A program made the position numbers and the translations under genes. 64,000 nt of DNA, from IMG/VR virus record IMGVR_UViG_3300004807_000018, positions 1-64,000 of that record. One strand, given 5' to 3'. Below the pieces are notes generated by a model. It did no database searches, was not told the origin of the DNA, and saw only the letters and a list, made by a program, of their open reading frames with translations. Shown here one piece after another: positions 1-7,919 of the stretch. Every line of letters begins with the position of its first letter. Within the stretch, counting starts at the first letter, position 1. The stretch is from a virus.

Positions 1-333
1 CGTTCCTTATCTCCACTTCCCACTGGTGTGCTGTCGCTGCGGCACCTTGTGGCCCGAATGGGCTCCGATGGTGCCAGATGAAGAGTGGCAAAGAGTTGTG
101 CCTAGGTTGTATTGGCGCGGACTTTTGTGCGCCGATTGCTGGGCACACATATCGCAGCTCGTCGATACCGCCGAGAGGCGTTCTGAACATGAACGGGCAA
201 AACTTGAGATAAAGTAGATCTGTCACCGGTCCATCTTGGACCCTTGTTCCCTGCTAAACACCGGGCGCTGGCACCATGCCACGCGCCCGTTTTACTTTGC
301 GGCATAGGTCCAAAATGTTGCCTACAAATTGTC

Positions 334-368
334 CATATGCTTATTAATGATGCTATAATAAGCATATG
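334..368 (+). promoter_or_regulatory. Extended -10 promoter (TGcTATAAT, 351-359) inside a perfect 13-bp inverted repeat (putative operator); likely leaderless transcript
   Basis: CATATGCTTATTA (334-346) and TAATAAGCATATG (356-368) are exact reverse complements; ATG at 366 lies 6 nt after TATAAT; no SD sequence. Confidence 0.7.
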
Positions 369-788
369 AGCATCGACGATCTAGGGGATCTTGCAATCAT
401 CGTCAAAGGGCGCGTATGGGGAATCGACCTCGGCACCCCTCGAATCTATTTCCAGTCAGCCAAGCACCGGAAAGTCTTCATCGCGTTTGGCGAGTACGAC
501 GGAGAAACGCTTGGCTCACCCTCACTGAACGCGTTCATTGAGCCATGCGGGCAGGCTCCCAAATGGTACGAATCGCAGAAGGCGATCGAGATTCGCAATC
601 ACCAACAAGAACTCTGCGCAGTGCTCGCCGCATGCAAATCGACGACTCCAATTGAAAGCGCTGAGGCGCTGATGGACCTCGATTTCTTTGAAGTGAAGCC
701 AAAGACCATCCAGTCCGCCATCGCGCAGATCGAGTCAGGAAACATCGAAGAAGCCATATCGACGCTTGGAGCGCAGGCGGCAGCCTAG
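366..788 (+). CDS. Hypothetical protein (140 aa), first gene of the accessory operon
   Basis: ORF starts directly after the promoter; plausible protein composition. Confidence 0.75.
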   Translation: MSIDDLGDLAIIVKGRVWGIDLGTPRIYFQSAKHRKVFIAFGEYDGETLGSPSLNAFIEPCGQAPKWYESQKAIEIRNHQQELCAVLAACKSTTPIESAEALMDLDFFEVKPKTIQSAIAQIESGNIEEAISTLGAQAAA

Positions 789-885
789 AACAAGATTGCC
801 CAGGCGAGGCGGCAACCTCCCTGGGCTGAGCCAACGGAACAGACCCAATGACTACTACAATTATCCTCACAAACGGCGGTGCACG

Positions 886-2181
886 ATGAAATACACATGC
901 ACCCACGCCTGCGGGCACACGGGCACCATTCGGCTTTCCGGGCCGACGAAAAGCAGGAAATCGCTTCAGTCCTGGTACGAGTCCAAGGACTGCGAGGAAT
1001 GCCGCAAACAGAAAAGAGAACAGGTGCGCGAGCAGCTTCTAGCCGAAGCTCAGCAGTACGCGTCACTCTGCGGGTTCCCGGCGCTTTCGGGCTCAGAGAG
1101 GCAAATTGCTTGGGCCGAAACCATACGCTATGAGTTTTGCTGCGTGGATTACAGGCTCCAGCAGACCCAGGGCCAGCGCATAGACATCCCCGATCTTGCT
1201 TACGACCGCCTATTCAGATCGCCAATGGGGGCTTTGCGCCAAGGGCTGCTTCATCAACTGAAAAAGGTTCGTTGTTTGCCCGAAGAGGAGGTCGAGGCGA
1301 TCTACGTTCAGACCGTGGACGTCGACAACGAGGTTCTTTCGCAATCGCTACTGAACCGAACCGAGGCTAAGTGGTGGATCGACAACCGCGACAATCTCAC
1401 CTATCTCGCAGGTGAGGCGGCAATGGATACTCTGCAGATCGCCTACACCGCCATCCAGGAAGGGCGAGATTGGCGCGAAGCAATCCTGGAAAAGTCTGAC
1501 GAAGTCGCGCAGGCCCGAGAACTCGCTGAGGAAGCCGCTGAAACCCTGATCGCCGAAGGGGAAAGCGTGACTAAGGGCGCAACTCCGGTTGAGATCGTGT
1601 TGAGCGAAACTCACCGGATGGTGTACGTCCAATACCCACGCAAAGACGATGACCTATACCCCATTGTCAAGGGTCAAGGAACGTACGGGCCGAACGGATG
1701 GGCGATTCCGGCGAACCCGTTCCAAACGCTCGATGACATCGTTGCAGAATTTGCAACCAGGCTAATCGGCGCTGGATTCAGAGTTCTTCTGCCCTCACAA
1801 AAGACCCTCGCGATGGTAAAGGACGCGTCCTTTACGTGGCATCCAAATCGCTGGTGCATCCTGAAAGATGGATTGTTCATTGTTCAGTGGCGCGGAACGC
1901 ACGACGCGCTATACAACGGGCTGAAGCGCTGCGGGGGACGGTGGGAGTCCGGGTGCATGCGCGTACCGGTCAAAGCCTGGGAAATCGTTGAGGGACTCTG
2001 CGACGCTCACAAAGTCACCCTTTCGAAAAATGCGAGCGAGTACATCGAGGCTCAGAAGGCAAAGTATTCCGGCGCATACCTTGTGGATCCCGCACAAGCC
2101 CCGCAAGAGCCAGCACCCAACTCTTTTGACCCTGCATCAGCAGCGCCGGATCCTGCTCTGAGGGACGACGATGAAGATTAG
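886..2181 (+). CDS. Conserved-type phage protein with N-terminal CxHxCGH...CxxC motif and two C-terminal HARP-like repeats; SNF2-associated
   Basis: In-frame ATG at 886 (MKYTCTHACGH), LSGSERQIAWAETIR motif, acidic tail; upstream of the SNF2 gene. Confidence 0.75.
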   Translation: MKYTCTHACGHTGTIRLSGPTKSRKSLQSWYESKDCEECRKQKREQVREQLLAEAQQYASLCGFPALSGSERQIAWAETIRYEFCCVDYRLQQTQGQRIDIPDLAYDRLFRSPMGALRQGLLHQLKKVRCLPEEEVEAIYVQTVDVDNEVLSQSLLNRTEAKWWIDNRDNLTYLAGEAAMDTLQIAYTAIQEGRDWREAILEKSDEVAQARELAEEAAETLIAEGESVTKGATPVEIVLSETHRMVYVQYPRKDDDLYPIVKGQGTYGPNGWAIPANPFQTLDDIVAEFATRLIGAGFRVLLPSQKTLAMVKDASFTWHPNRWCILKDGLFIVQWRGTHDALYNGLKRCGGRWESGCMRVPVKAWEIVEGLCDAHKVTLSKNASEYIEAQKAKYSGAYLVDPAQAPQEPAPNSFDPASAAPDPALRDDDED

Positions 2182-2638
2182 CGAGGTGCCAAGCGCTGGG
2201 GTTGCCTGCGCTTACCGAAACCTCCGTTTAGCTCTGAGCGAGCTAAACGGAGGTTCAATCGACTCGTTTCGCCTGACGCGAGACGGCAGACTGTCCTGCA
2301 TGTGCGAGGTTGCACTCACGAGAGCGCAGCTCATCATCGTGCTGGGGCGCAGCTCCATTGGCATCTCCAGGACCGCCGAAATTCTTAGGCATCTGCCGTC
2401 AGGAGTGATTTGCGTAAGGCTGTGGAGTCTGTCGCAGACGTTTCGGTTCTTCTCAACGTGCCAGCGTGGCTTGTCGAGCTACCTAGGGCAGCGCCGTACC
2501 TTGCAGGTGCCGGACACCATTCACTGCGGAATCGGCTGCAGATTGCCACTCAGACCCCTGACGACAGCGAAGCCCAGGCGCTTGAACCCTGACCGTGTGC
2601 ACCATTCGGAGGCCCTCCTAGATGATCCTGAGGACTGA
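2171..2638 (+). CDS. Hypothetical protein (155 aa)
   Basis: Fills the gap and overlaps both neighbours; composition is atypical. Confidence 0.4.
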   Translation: MKISEVPSAGVACAYRNLRLALSELNGGSIDSFRLTRDGRLSCMCEVALTRAQLIIVLGRSSIGISRTAEILRHLPSGVICVRLWSLSQTFRFFSTCQRGLSSYLGQRRTLQVPDTIHCGIGCRLPLRPLTTAKPRRLNPDRVHHSEALLDDPED

Positions 2639-4091
2639 GCCAATGAAACAGCAGCTCGCGGCAGTGCAGAAGCTGAAGCCGTTCAAGGTGGGCGCTTTGT
2701 TCATGGACATGGGCACAGGGAAATCGCTTGCGGCGATCATGCTCGCGCTCTCAAGGCGAAAGGTGAGGCGCGTTGTGTGGTTTTGCCCCATCACACTCAA
2801 ACCCACCATCGAAGTGGAGATCGAAAAGCACGTCGAAGACGCATCCGTGTACGTCTTCGATGACTCAACGTCGTCGACCCACATTCCGAATGCCTATTGG
2901 TACGTGGTTGGCATCGAGTCGATGAGCAGTAGCGACCGTGTCCGGCTCGCAGTGAAGAAACTGATCGATCCGCACACCATGGTGATCCTAGACGAGTCGG
3001 GCTACTGCGCCAACCACAAAGCTGAGCGCACGCGGTGGATTACGGGACTCTCAAGGCCAGCACTGTACCGCCTGATGCTCACAGGCACACCCATTCAAAA
3101 GGGCATACAGGATCTGTTCAGCCAAATGTTCTTTCTCGACGAAAGGATCCTCGGCTACAAAAGCTTCTACTCGTTTGCGGCGAACCATCTGGAATACCAC
3201 GAGCGCAAACGTGGGCTTGTGGTTAGGGCTCACAACGTGCCGTGGATCTCTGCGAAGATCGCCCCGTACGTGTACCAGGTCACCAAAGCCGAATGCCTTG
3301 ATCTGCCAGAGAAGCTCTTTGAACACCACTGGGTCCGCATGACTTGGGAACAAGAAGAGCTTTACAGCCGGGCAAAAGAAACTCTCTTCGCCGAACTCAT
3401 GGAATGCGACGACTCGGACAAAGAAAGCGTGCTCGTCTACCGGCTCTTCAACGCGTGTCGACAGGCAGCTTGTGGGTTCTGGAACGAATATCCGCGCCTG
3501 AGCGGGCGAAAGGGCGACGTAACCCCTACCGTGCACGAGGCGGAGCATCGGCGGCTCGAAACTCTCGAGTCAGTCCTGAGGCAGATTCCCGAGGACGAGA
3601 AGGTCATCATCTGGGCTGAATGGCTGCGCGACGTCGATGACATCAAAGCCATGATCGCCAGAGTGTACGGAGAAGACCAGGCTAGCGAACTGACCGGCAG
3701 GTACAAAGGCAAAGCTCGCGAGCGTGAGGTTAGCCTCTTCCGTGGCCACAGGCGGTTTCTCGTCGGACTTGCCAGCACAGGCGGCCACGGCTACACATTC
3801 ACTGAGGCTTCTTACGCTGGGTTCTACTCCCTGGGTCTTCAGTACCCACTGTACGTCCAGGCTCAGGACCGAATCCACCGCATCAGCCAGACAAAGCCGT
3901 GCACCTATTTCACGATCAACATGCAAGGCACGATCGACGGCACGCTTATGGACCTCATGTCTCGTAAGCAGAGCATCGCTGAGTACCTGCGAGAAAACAT
4001 AGAATCAATCAAGGACAAGACAACCAGGGTTTCCGCACTTCGGAGACTGATGGGGCAAATCAAGGCAGACGAACAAAAAATAGCATCATGA
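2622..4091 (+). CDS. SNF2-like SF2 helicase/ATPase
   Basis: Walker A MDMGTGKS, Walker B ILDESG, motif III LTGTP, motif VI QAQDRIHRISQ. Confidence 0.92.
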   Translation: MILRTEPMKQQLAAVQKLKPFKVGALFMDMGTGKSLAAIMLALSRRKVRRVVWFCPITLKPTIEVEIEKHVEDASVYVFDDSTSSTHIPNAYWYVVGIESMSSSDRVRLAVKKLIDPHTMVILDESGYCANHKAERTRWITGLSRPALYRLMLTGTPIQKGIQDLFSQMFFLDERILGYKSFYSFAANHLEYHERKRGLVVRAHNVPWISAKIAPYVYQVTKAECLDLPEKLFEHHWVRMTWEQEELYSRAKETLFAELMECDDSDKESVLVYRLFNACRQAACGFWNEYPRLSGRKGDVTPTVHEAEHRRLETLESVLRQIPEDEKVIIWAEWLRDVDDIKAMIARVYGEDQASELTGRYKGKAREREVSLFRGHRRFLVGLASTGGHGYTFTEASYAGFYSLGLQYPLYVQAQDRIHRISQTKPCTYFTINMQGTIDGTLMDLMSRKQSIAEYLRENIESIKDKTTRVSALRRLMGQIKADEQKIAS

Positions 4092-4477
4092 GCACATTTG
4101 AACTAAGGATCATCGAGCACGGAGAGCCGGAGCTGTGGCCAATCTTGGGGCCTCTCATGGCGAGTGAGGAAGTAGCCAAAAAGCGTGGCGGCTACCCCAT
4201 GTTCAGCAAGCCCGGCCAGACGTGGATTTTCGCGATCCGTGACGGCACGGTAGTCGGGTTCAACTCGGTTCTGAACGGCAGGCCAGCCAGGATGCTCTAC
4301 GCCTTTGCCTGGGGAGACTCTGAGGTCTACGAAGCTGTAGTCCGCGCTGCTGACTCGATGGCTTCCCCGCTCCAATCAACGGTGCTCAAAACAAACCTGC
4401 CGGTTCTTCTGGGCCTCGGATTCAAGAAGGTCGGCGACAAGGGAGCTCGGTACGCGATCGTCGTAAAGGGTGGCTGA
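4088..4477 (+). CDS. Putative GNAT-fold acetyltransferase-like protein
   Basis: 129 aa; WIFAIRDGTVVGF strand and C-terminal LLGLGFKKVG resemble GNAT motifs. Confidence 0.55.
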   Translation: MSTFELRIIEHGEPELWPILGPLMASEEVAKKRGGYPMFSKPGQTWIFAIRDGTVVGFNSVLNGRPARMLYAFAWGDSEVYEAVVRAADSMASPLQSTVLKTNLPVLLGLGFKKVGDKGARYAIVVKGG

Positions 4478-5793
4478 TGGGCAAAAAGATTTACCTCGAG
4501 GTCGATACGTACACGGCGGTGCAGCGGAGGCTACAGTTCATCTTTGAGCACTTCGACAACGTGTATGTGTCGTTCTCTGGTGGAAAAGACTCCGGGCTGC
4601 TCTTAAACCTCGTGCTCTCGTACATGAGGGCGAACGGCATCACGAAGAAGATCGGCGTGTTCCATCAAGATTTTGAGGCGCAGTACACCGAGACAACACG
4701 CTACGTCGAGCGCGTGATGACTTCGAATCTCGATCTCATTGAACCGTTTTGGGAGTGCCTCCCCAAGAGTTCGAAGACGGCCACGTCGATGTACGAGCAG
4801 TACTGGATTCCGTGGGATCCAGCCAAACAAGACATCTGGGTGCGTCCCATGCCCGAGTTCTACGGGGTGATCAACGTCGACAACAACCCGTTCGACTTCT
4901 TCACCTTTGGCATGATGCAGGAGGACGTCTATCGGGAGTTCGGCCCCTGGTATCACAGGGTAGTTTGCGGATCCAAAGGGCGCACGATCGGGCTCATCGG
5001 AATCCGTTCAGATGAGTCACTGAACCGGTGGAGAGCTGCTTCGACGGAGCGCGAATCTTCATACCTTGGCGCGAACTGGACATCAGGGATCTCCGAGAAC
5101 GTGTGGTGCGGCTACCCACTGTACGACTGGCCAGTTGAGGACATCTGGACAGCCAACGCCAAATTCGGCTACGACTACAACAAACTCTACGACCTCATGC
5201 ATGCCGCAGGGCTGAGCGTTCACGAGATGCGCGTTGCCTCTCCTTTCCACGACTGGGCAATCAGCACCTTGAAGCTGTACCGCGTCCTGGAGCCCAACAT
5301 CTGGGCGCGAATGGTGGGCAGAGTCAACGGAGCGAACTTCACGGCCATCTATGGCGGTACAGATGCTGTCGCGTGGAAGAACATCAAGCTTCCACCGGGC
5401 CACACGTGGAAGACCTACGCCGAGTTTCTTTTGTCGACACTGCCGGAGGACACGCGAAACACTTACCTATCGAAGATCGAGGCCAGCAAGAAGTCTTGGA
5501 AGGTAGGTGGAGCTCGAAGTCCTGAACTAATCGAGCAACTGATTGCCGAGGGAGCGCCTGTCATCCGCACGGGAGAAACCAACAACCGCGGTAAAGGCGC
5601 ACACGAGGTGATCCGGTTTGATGACTACCTGGATGACACGGGCGTCGACGATTTTCGACTTGTTCCGACATGGAAGCGCCTTGTGATTTGCATCCTCAAA
5701 AACGACCATCTTTGCAAATACATGGGCTTCGCTCAGACCAAGAGGGAGGTTGAGCGGAAGAAAGCGATCATGGAGAAGTACGCGAATCTATGA
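4477..5793 (+). CDS. ibrA: PAPS-reductase-family/DUF3440 protein (IbrA/YbdN-like)
   Basis: PP-loop VSFSGGKDSG, GIRSDESLNRW, YPLYDW, MRVASPF, C-terminal PTWKRLVICILKNDHLCKYMGF. Confidence 0.9.
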   Translation: MGKKIYLEVDTYTAVQRRLQFIFEHFDNVYVSFSGGKDSGLLLNLVLSYMRANGITKKIGVFHQDFEAQYTETTRYVERVMTSNLDLIEPFWECLPKSSKTATSMYEQYWIPWDPAKQDIWVRPMPEFYGVINVDNNPFDFFTFGMMQEDVYREFGPWYHRVVCGSKGRTIGLIGIRSDESLNRWRAASTERESSYLGANWTSGISENVWCGYPLYDWPVEDIWTANAKFGYDYNKLYDLMHAAGLSVHEMRVASPFHDWAISTLKLYRVLEPNIWARMVGRVNGANFTAIYGGTDAVAWKNIKLPPGHTWKTYAEFLLSTLPEDTRNTYLSKIEASKKSWKVGGARSPELIEQLIAEGAPVIRTGETNNRGKGAHEVIRFDDYLDDTGVDDFRLVPTWKRLVICILKNDHLCKYMGFAQTKREVERKKAIMEKYANL

Positions 5794-6047
5794 ACACGAA
5801 CTATGCCAGCGCGTCGGAAGTTATCCGCAACCTCGCGCAGATACGAGCGCCGTACGAGGTCATTCACACCGAAGGCAGATTTAGAGTGGTTCGGTTCTCG
5901 GAGCCGTTCTTCGATGGCTCGGAGTTCTGGGTGGTAAACGACAAGGGTTTCCTCTGGGAGCCCTGCTCCACCGCCCAGGGCGCGATGGATTACCTCTTGA
6001 GTGACGAGGCGCGGGAATACAACCAGGGTGGCCATGCCTCAGATTGA
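5790..6047 (+). CDS. Hypothetical protein (85 aa)
   Basis: ATGA-coupled to ibrA, overlaps the next gene. Confidence 0.7.
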   Translation: MNTNYASASEVIRNLAQIRAPYEVIHTEGRFRVVRFSEPFFDGSEFWVVNDKGFLWEPCSTAQGAMDYLLSDEAREYNQGGHASD

Positions 6048-6396
6048 GACCGTAAAGCTTGAGGAAGCGCAGGCGTTCATTCGGGCTAATCGGCGGGCGT
6101 TTCCTCATGTCGCAGTGCCGACTGCGGGTCAGTTCTACGGAGTGCGCGAAGAGGACATGCTTGTCTCGATCCTTGGAGTCGCTGCCCTCAAATCGTCGAC
6201 GCGCATCAAGGCCATGGCCACACTTCCGGCTCACCGGCGCCGGGGGCTTTCGAGCGCACTTTTGGCTCACGCGATGGCAGGCGGAACGAGATTCTCAGCG
6301 TTCTCCACACAAGACTCGAGGGGGCTCTTCGAGCGTGCAGGATTTACGGCCGTCATCGAGAACAAGCACGGCATCGCCTTTATGACGAAGAACTAA
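6034..6396 (+). CDS. GNAT family N-acetyltransferase
   Basis: Acetyl-CoA motif A TLPAHRRRGLSSALL and motif B SRGLFERAGF; ATG at 6034. Confidence 0.85.
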   Translation: MPQIETVKLEEAQAFIRANRRAFPHVAVPTAGQFYGVREEDMLVSILGVAALKSSTRIKAMATLPAHRRRGLSSALLAHAMAGGTRFSAFSTQDSRGLFERAGFTAVIENKHGIAFMTKN

Positions 6397-6397
6397 C

Positions 6398-6964
6398 ATG
6401 CAACAGAACTTATTCAACTCGAACTTTGTGAGCCCTGTATACGCGGTTCAAGCCGTGCCAGTGGAGAAGCTTCGGGCGAACGCGTACAACCCTAACTCTG
6501 TCGCGCCTCCGGAGATGAAGCTCCTCGAACTCTCGATCTGGGAGGACGGGTTCACGATGCCCATCGTTTGCTACAAGCTCCCCGAAGAGGATGCCTACGA
6601 GATCGTGGACGGGTACCACAGGTACACGGTGCTCAAGACAAGTAAGCGCATCTACGAGCGTGAGAATGGCATGGCCCCGATCGTGGTGATAGACAAGCCT
6701 ATCAGTGAGAGAATGGGCTCCACGATCCGGCACAACAGGGCAAGAGGATCGCACTCGATTGAGCTCATGCAGAAGATCGTGGCAGAACTCGTGGAGTCCG
6801 GCATGGGCGACGCGTGGATCATGAGGCACATCGGGATGGATGCAGACGAACTGCTTCGCTTGAAGCAAATCACAGGCCTTGCCGCACTGTTTGCTGATCG
6901 GGACTTTGCAAGCGCCTGGGTTCCAAACATGGAAGAGGCGGACTTTTACGAAGGAAACAAATGA
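6398..6964 (+). CDS. ibrB: ParB/Srx-domain protein (IbrB/YbdM-like)
   Basis: ANAYNPNSVAPPEMKLL, GFTMPIV, IVDGYHRY, STIRHNRARGSH motifs. Confidence 0.9.
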   Translation: MQQNLFNSNFVSPVYAVQAVPVEKLRANAYNPNSVAPPEMKLLELSIWEDGFTMPIVCYKLPEEDAYEIVDGYHRYTVLKTSKRIYERENGMAPIVVIDKPISERMGSTIRHNRARGSHSIELMQKIVAELVESGMGDAWIMRHIGMDADELLRLKQITGLAALFADRDFASAWVPNMEEADFYEGNK

Positions 6965-7383
6965 GCGCAATAAGCACCAGCAATAACGGACCGAGGATCG
7001 TCAGCAGCACCTACTGGGGTAGCGACTATGACAAGAAAGGCGCGGTCTATCTCAGCGTGAATGCAGGTACATGGAGGCTCATGCTTCCGACAGCGTTTGA
7101 TTCGCTGACCGAACTGCTCGCGGCTGAAGGCGTGGCCATCACTCGCGGCATATGGCGCGAACGTGGAGTGCTGGACGCCGTCGAGATCCTGTTCGATGAT
7201 GGATCCGAAAGCCCGTTCGCGTTTCACATCGGCACATCGCAGGTGGACAGACTCCCACCAGGCGATGACCGGACAGAGCGCAAGATCGTGCTTTATGGAC
7301 CTGGGCCAACCGAGCTTGGCGAACTGCCGTGCTTCTACCGGCGCGGCAAGATACCCTGTCTCAAAGAGTGGAAACTGCCATGA
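6961..7383 (+). CDS. Hypothetical protein (140 aa)
   Basis: Coupled ORF; YLSVNAGTWRLMLP...EILFDDGSESPF. Confidence 0.75.
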   Translation: MSAISTSNNGPRIVSSTYWGSDYDKKGAVYLSVNAGTWRLMLPTAFDSLTELLAAEGVAITRGIWRERGVLDAVEILFDDGSESPFAFHIGTSQVDRLPPGDDRTERKIVLYGPGPTELGELPCFYRRGKIPCLKEWKLP

Positions 7384-7559
7384 AAGAGCGCAAGCGAGCG
7401 CCAGGCGGGGGCCGTAAATTCCTCAGCGAGAATGAACCGACCGTGAGGCGAGTGTGCTCGATGCCAGCCTCCTACGCCGAGTTTCTTCGGACCATTCACC
7501 CATCGCAGAGCGAAGCCATCCGCATTCTCATCAAACGCGCGATGGCAGCGAAAGAATGA
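7380..7559 (+). CDS. Small ribbon-helix-helix (CopG-like) DNA-binding protein
   Basis: 59 aa, basic N-arm RAPGGGRK, beta-strand then helices ending SEAIRILI. Confidence 0.65.
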   Translation: MKERKRAPGGGRKFLSENEPTVRRVCSMPASYAEFLRTIHPSQSEAIRILIKRAMAAKE

Positions 7560-7605
7560 ACCTAAGGTTGTAACTCTCCACCGAAAATTAAAGACCCATA
7601 AACGC

Positions 7606-7658
7606 AAAAAGGCCCTCAGCTATCCGGAAATTCCGGATAGTTGAGGGCGCTTTGCTTT
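7606..7658. terminator. Bidirectional intrinsic terminator between convergent operons
   Basis: GCCCTCAGCTATCCGGAA-A-TTCCGGATAGTTGAGGGC hairpin (7612-7648), A-run on the left and T-rich tract on the right. Confidence 0.8.
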
Positions 7659-7661
7659 GAG

Positions 7662-7919
7662 TCATTCGCCGCGCTGGATCTTGTCAGCCACCCCGACGTA
7701 ACCCGCGATGTCAATCCAAGAATCCTTGTGGCCGGGCGTGTTGCAAAGCCTTGCCAGCTTGACCCCGACCATGCACATGGCCACCTTCTCGGGCGACACG
7801 TCAATCCCTAAGATCACCGACCAAATGGTCGCGATGCGCTGATGGTTCTCGGACGCCGAGCCGTAGTCTTTGGCCCTTGGCCCGTCAATGAGTTCGTTTG
7901 CTTGTTCCAGAAATGTCAT
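7662..7919 (-). CDS. DUF6378-like small phage protein
   Basis: GPRAKDYG...NHQRIATIWS...KLARL...HKDSWIDIAGY pattern. Confidence 0.8.
   Translation of the reverse strand: MTFLEQANELIDGPRAKDYGSASENHQRIATIWSVILGIDVSPEKVAMCMVGVKLARLCNTPGHKDSWIDIAGYVGVADKIQRGE

Noticed and set aside
4477-5793. Sulfate-assimilation cysH auxiliary metabolic gene, or a complete Dnd system
   Set aside because: Has the DUF3440-type C-terminus and IbrB partner, lacks the CysH ECGLH end, and no dndA/D/E or other cys genes are present.
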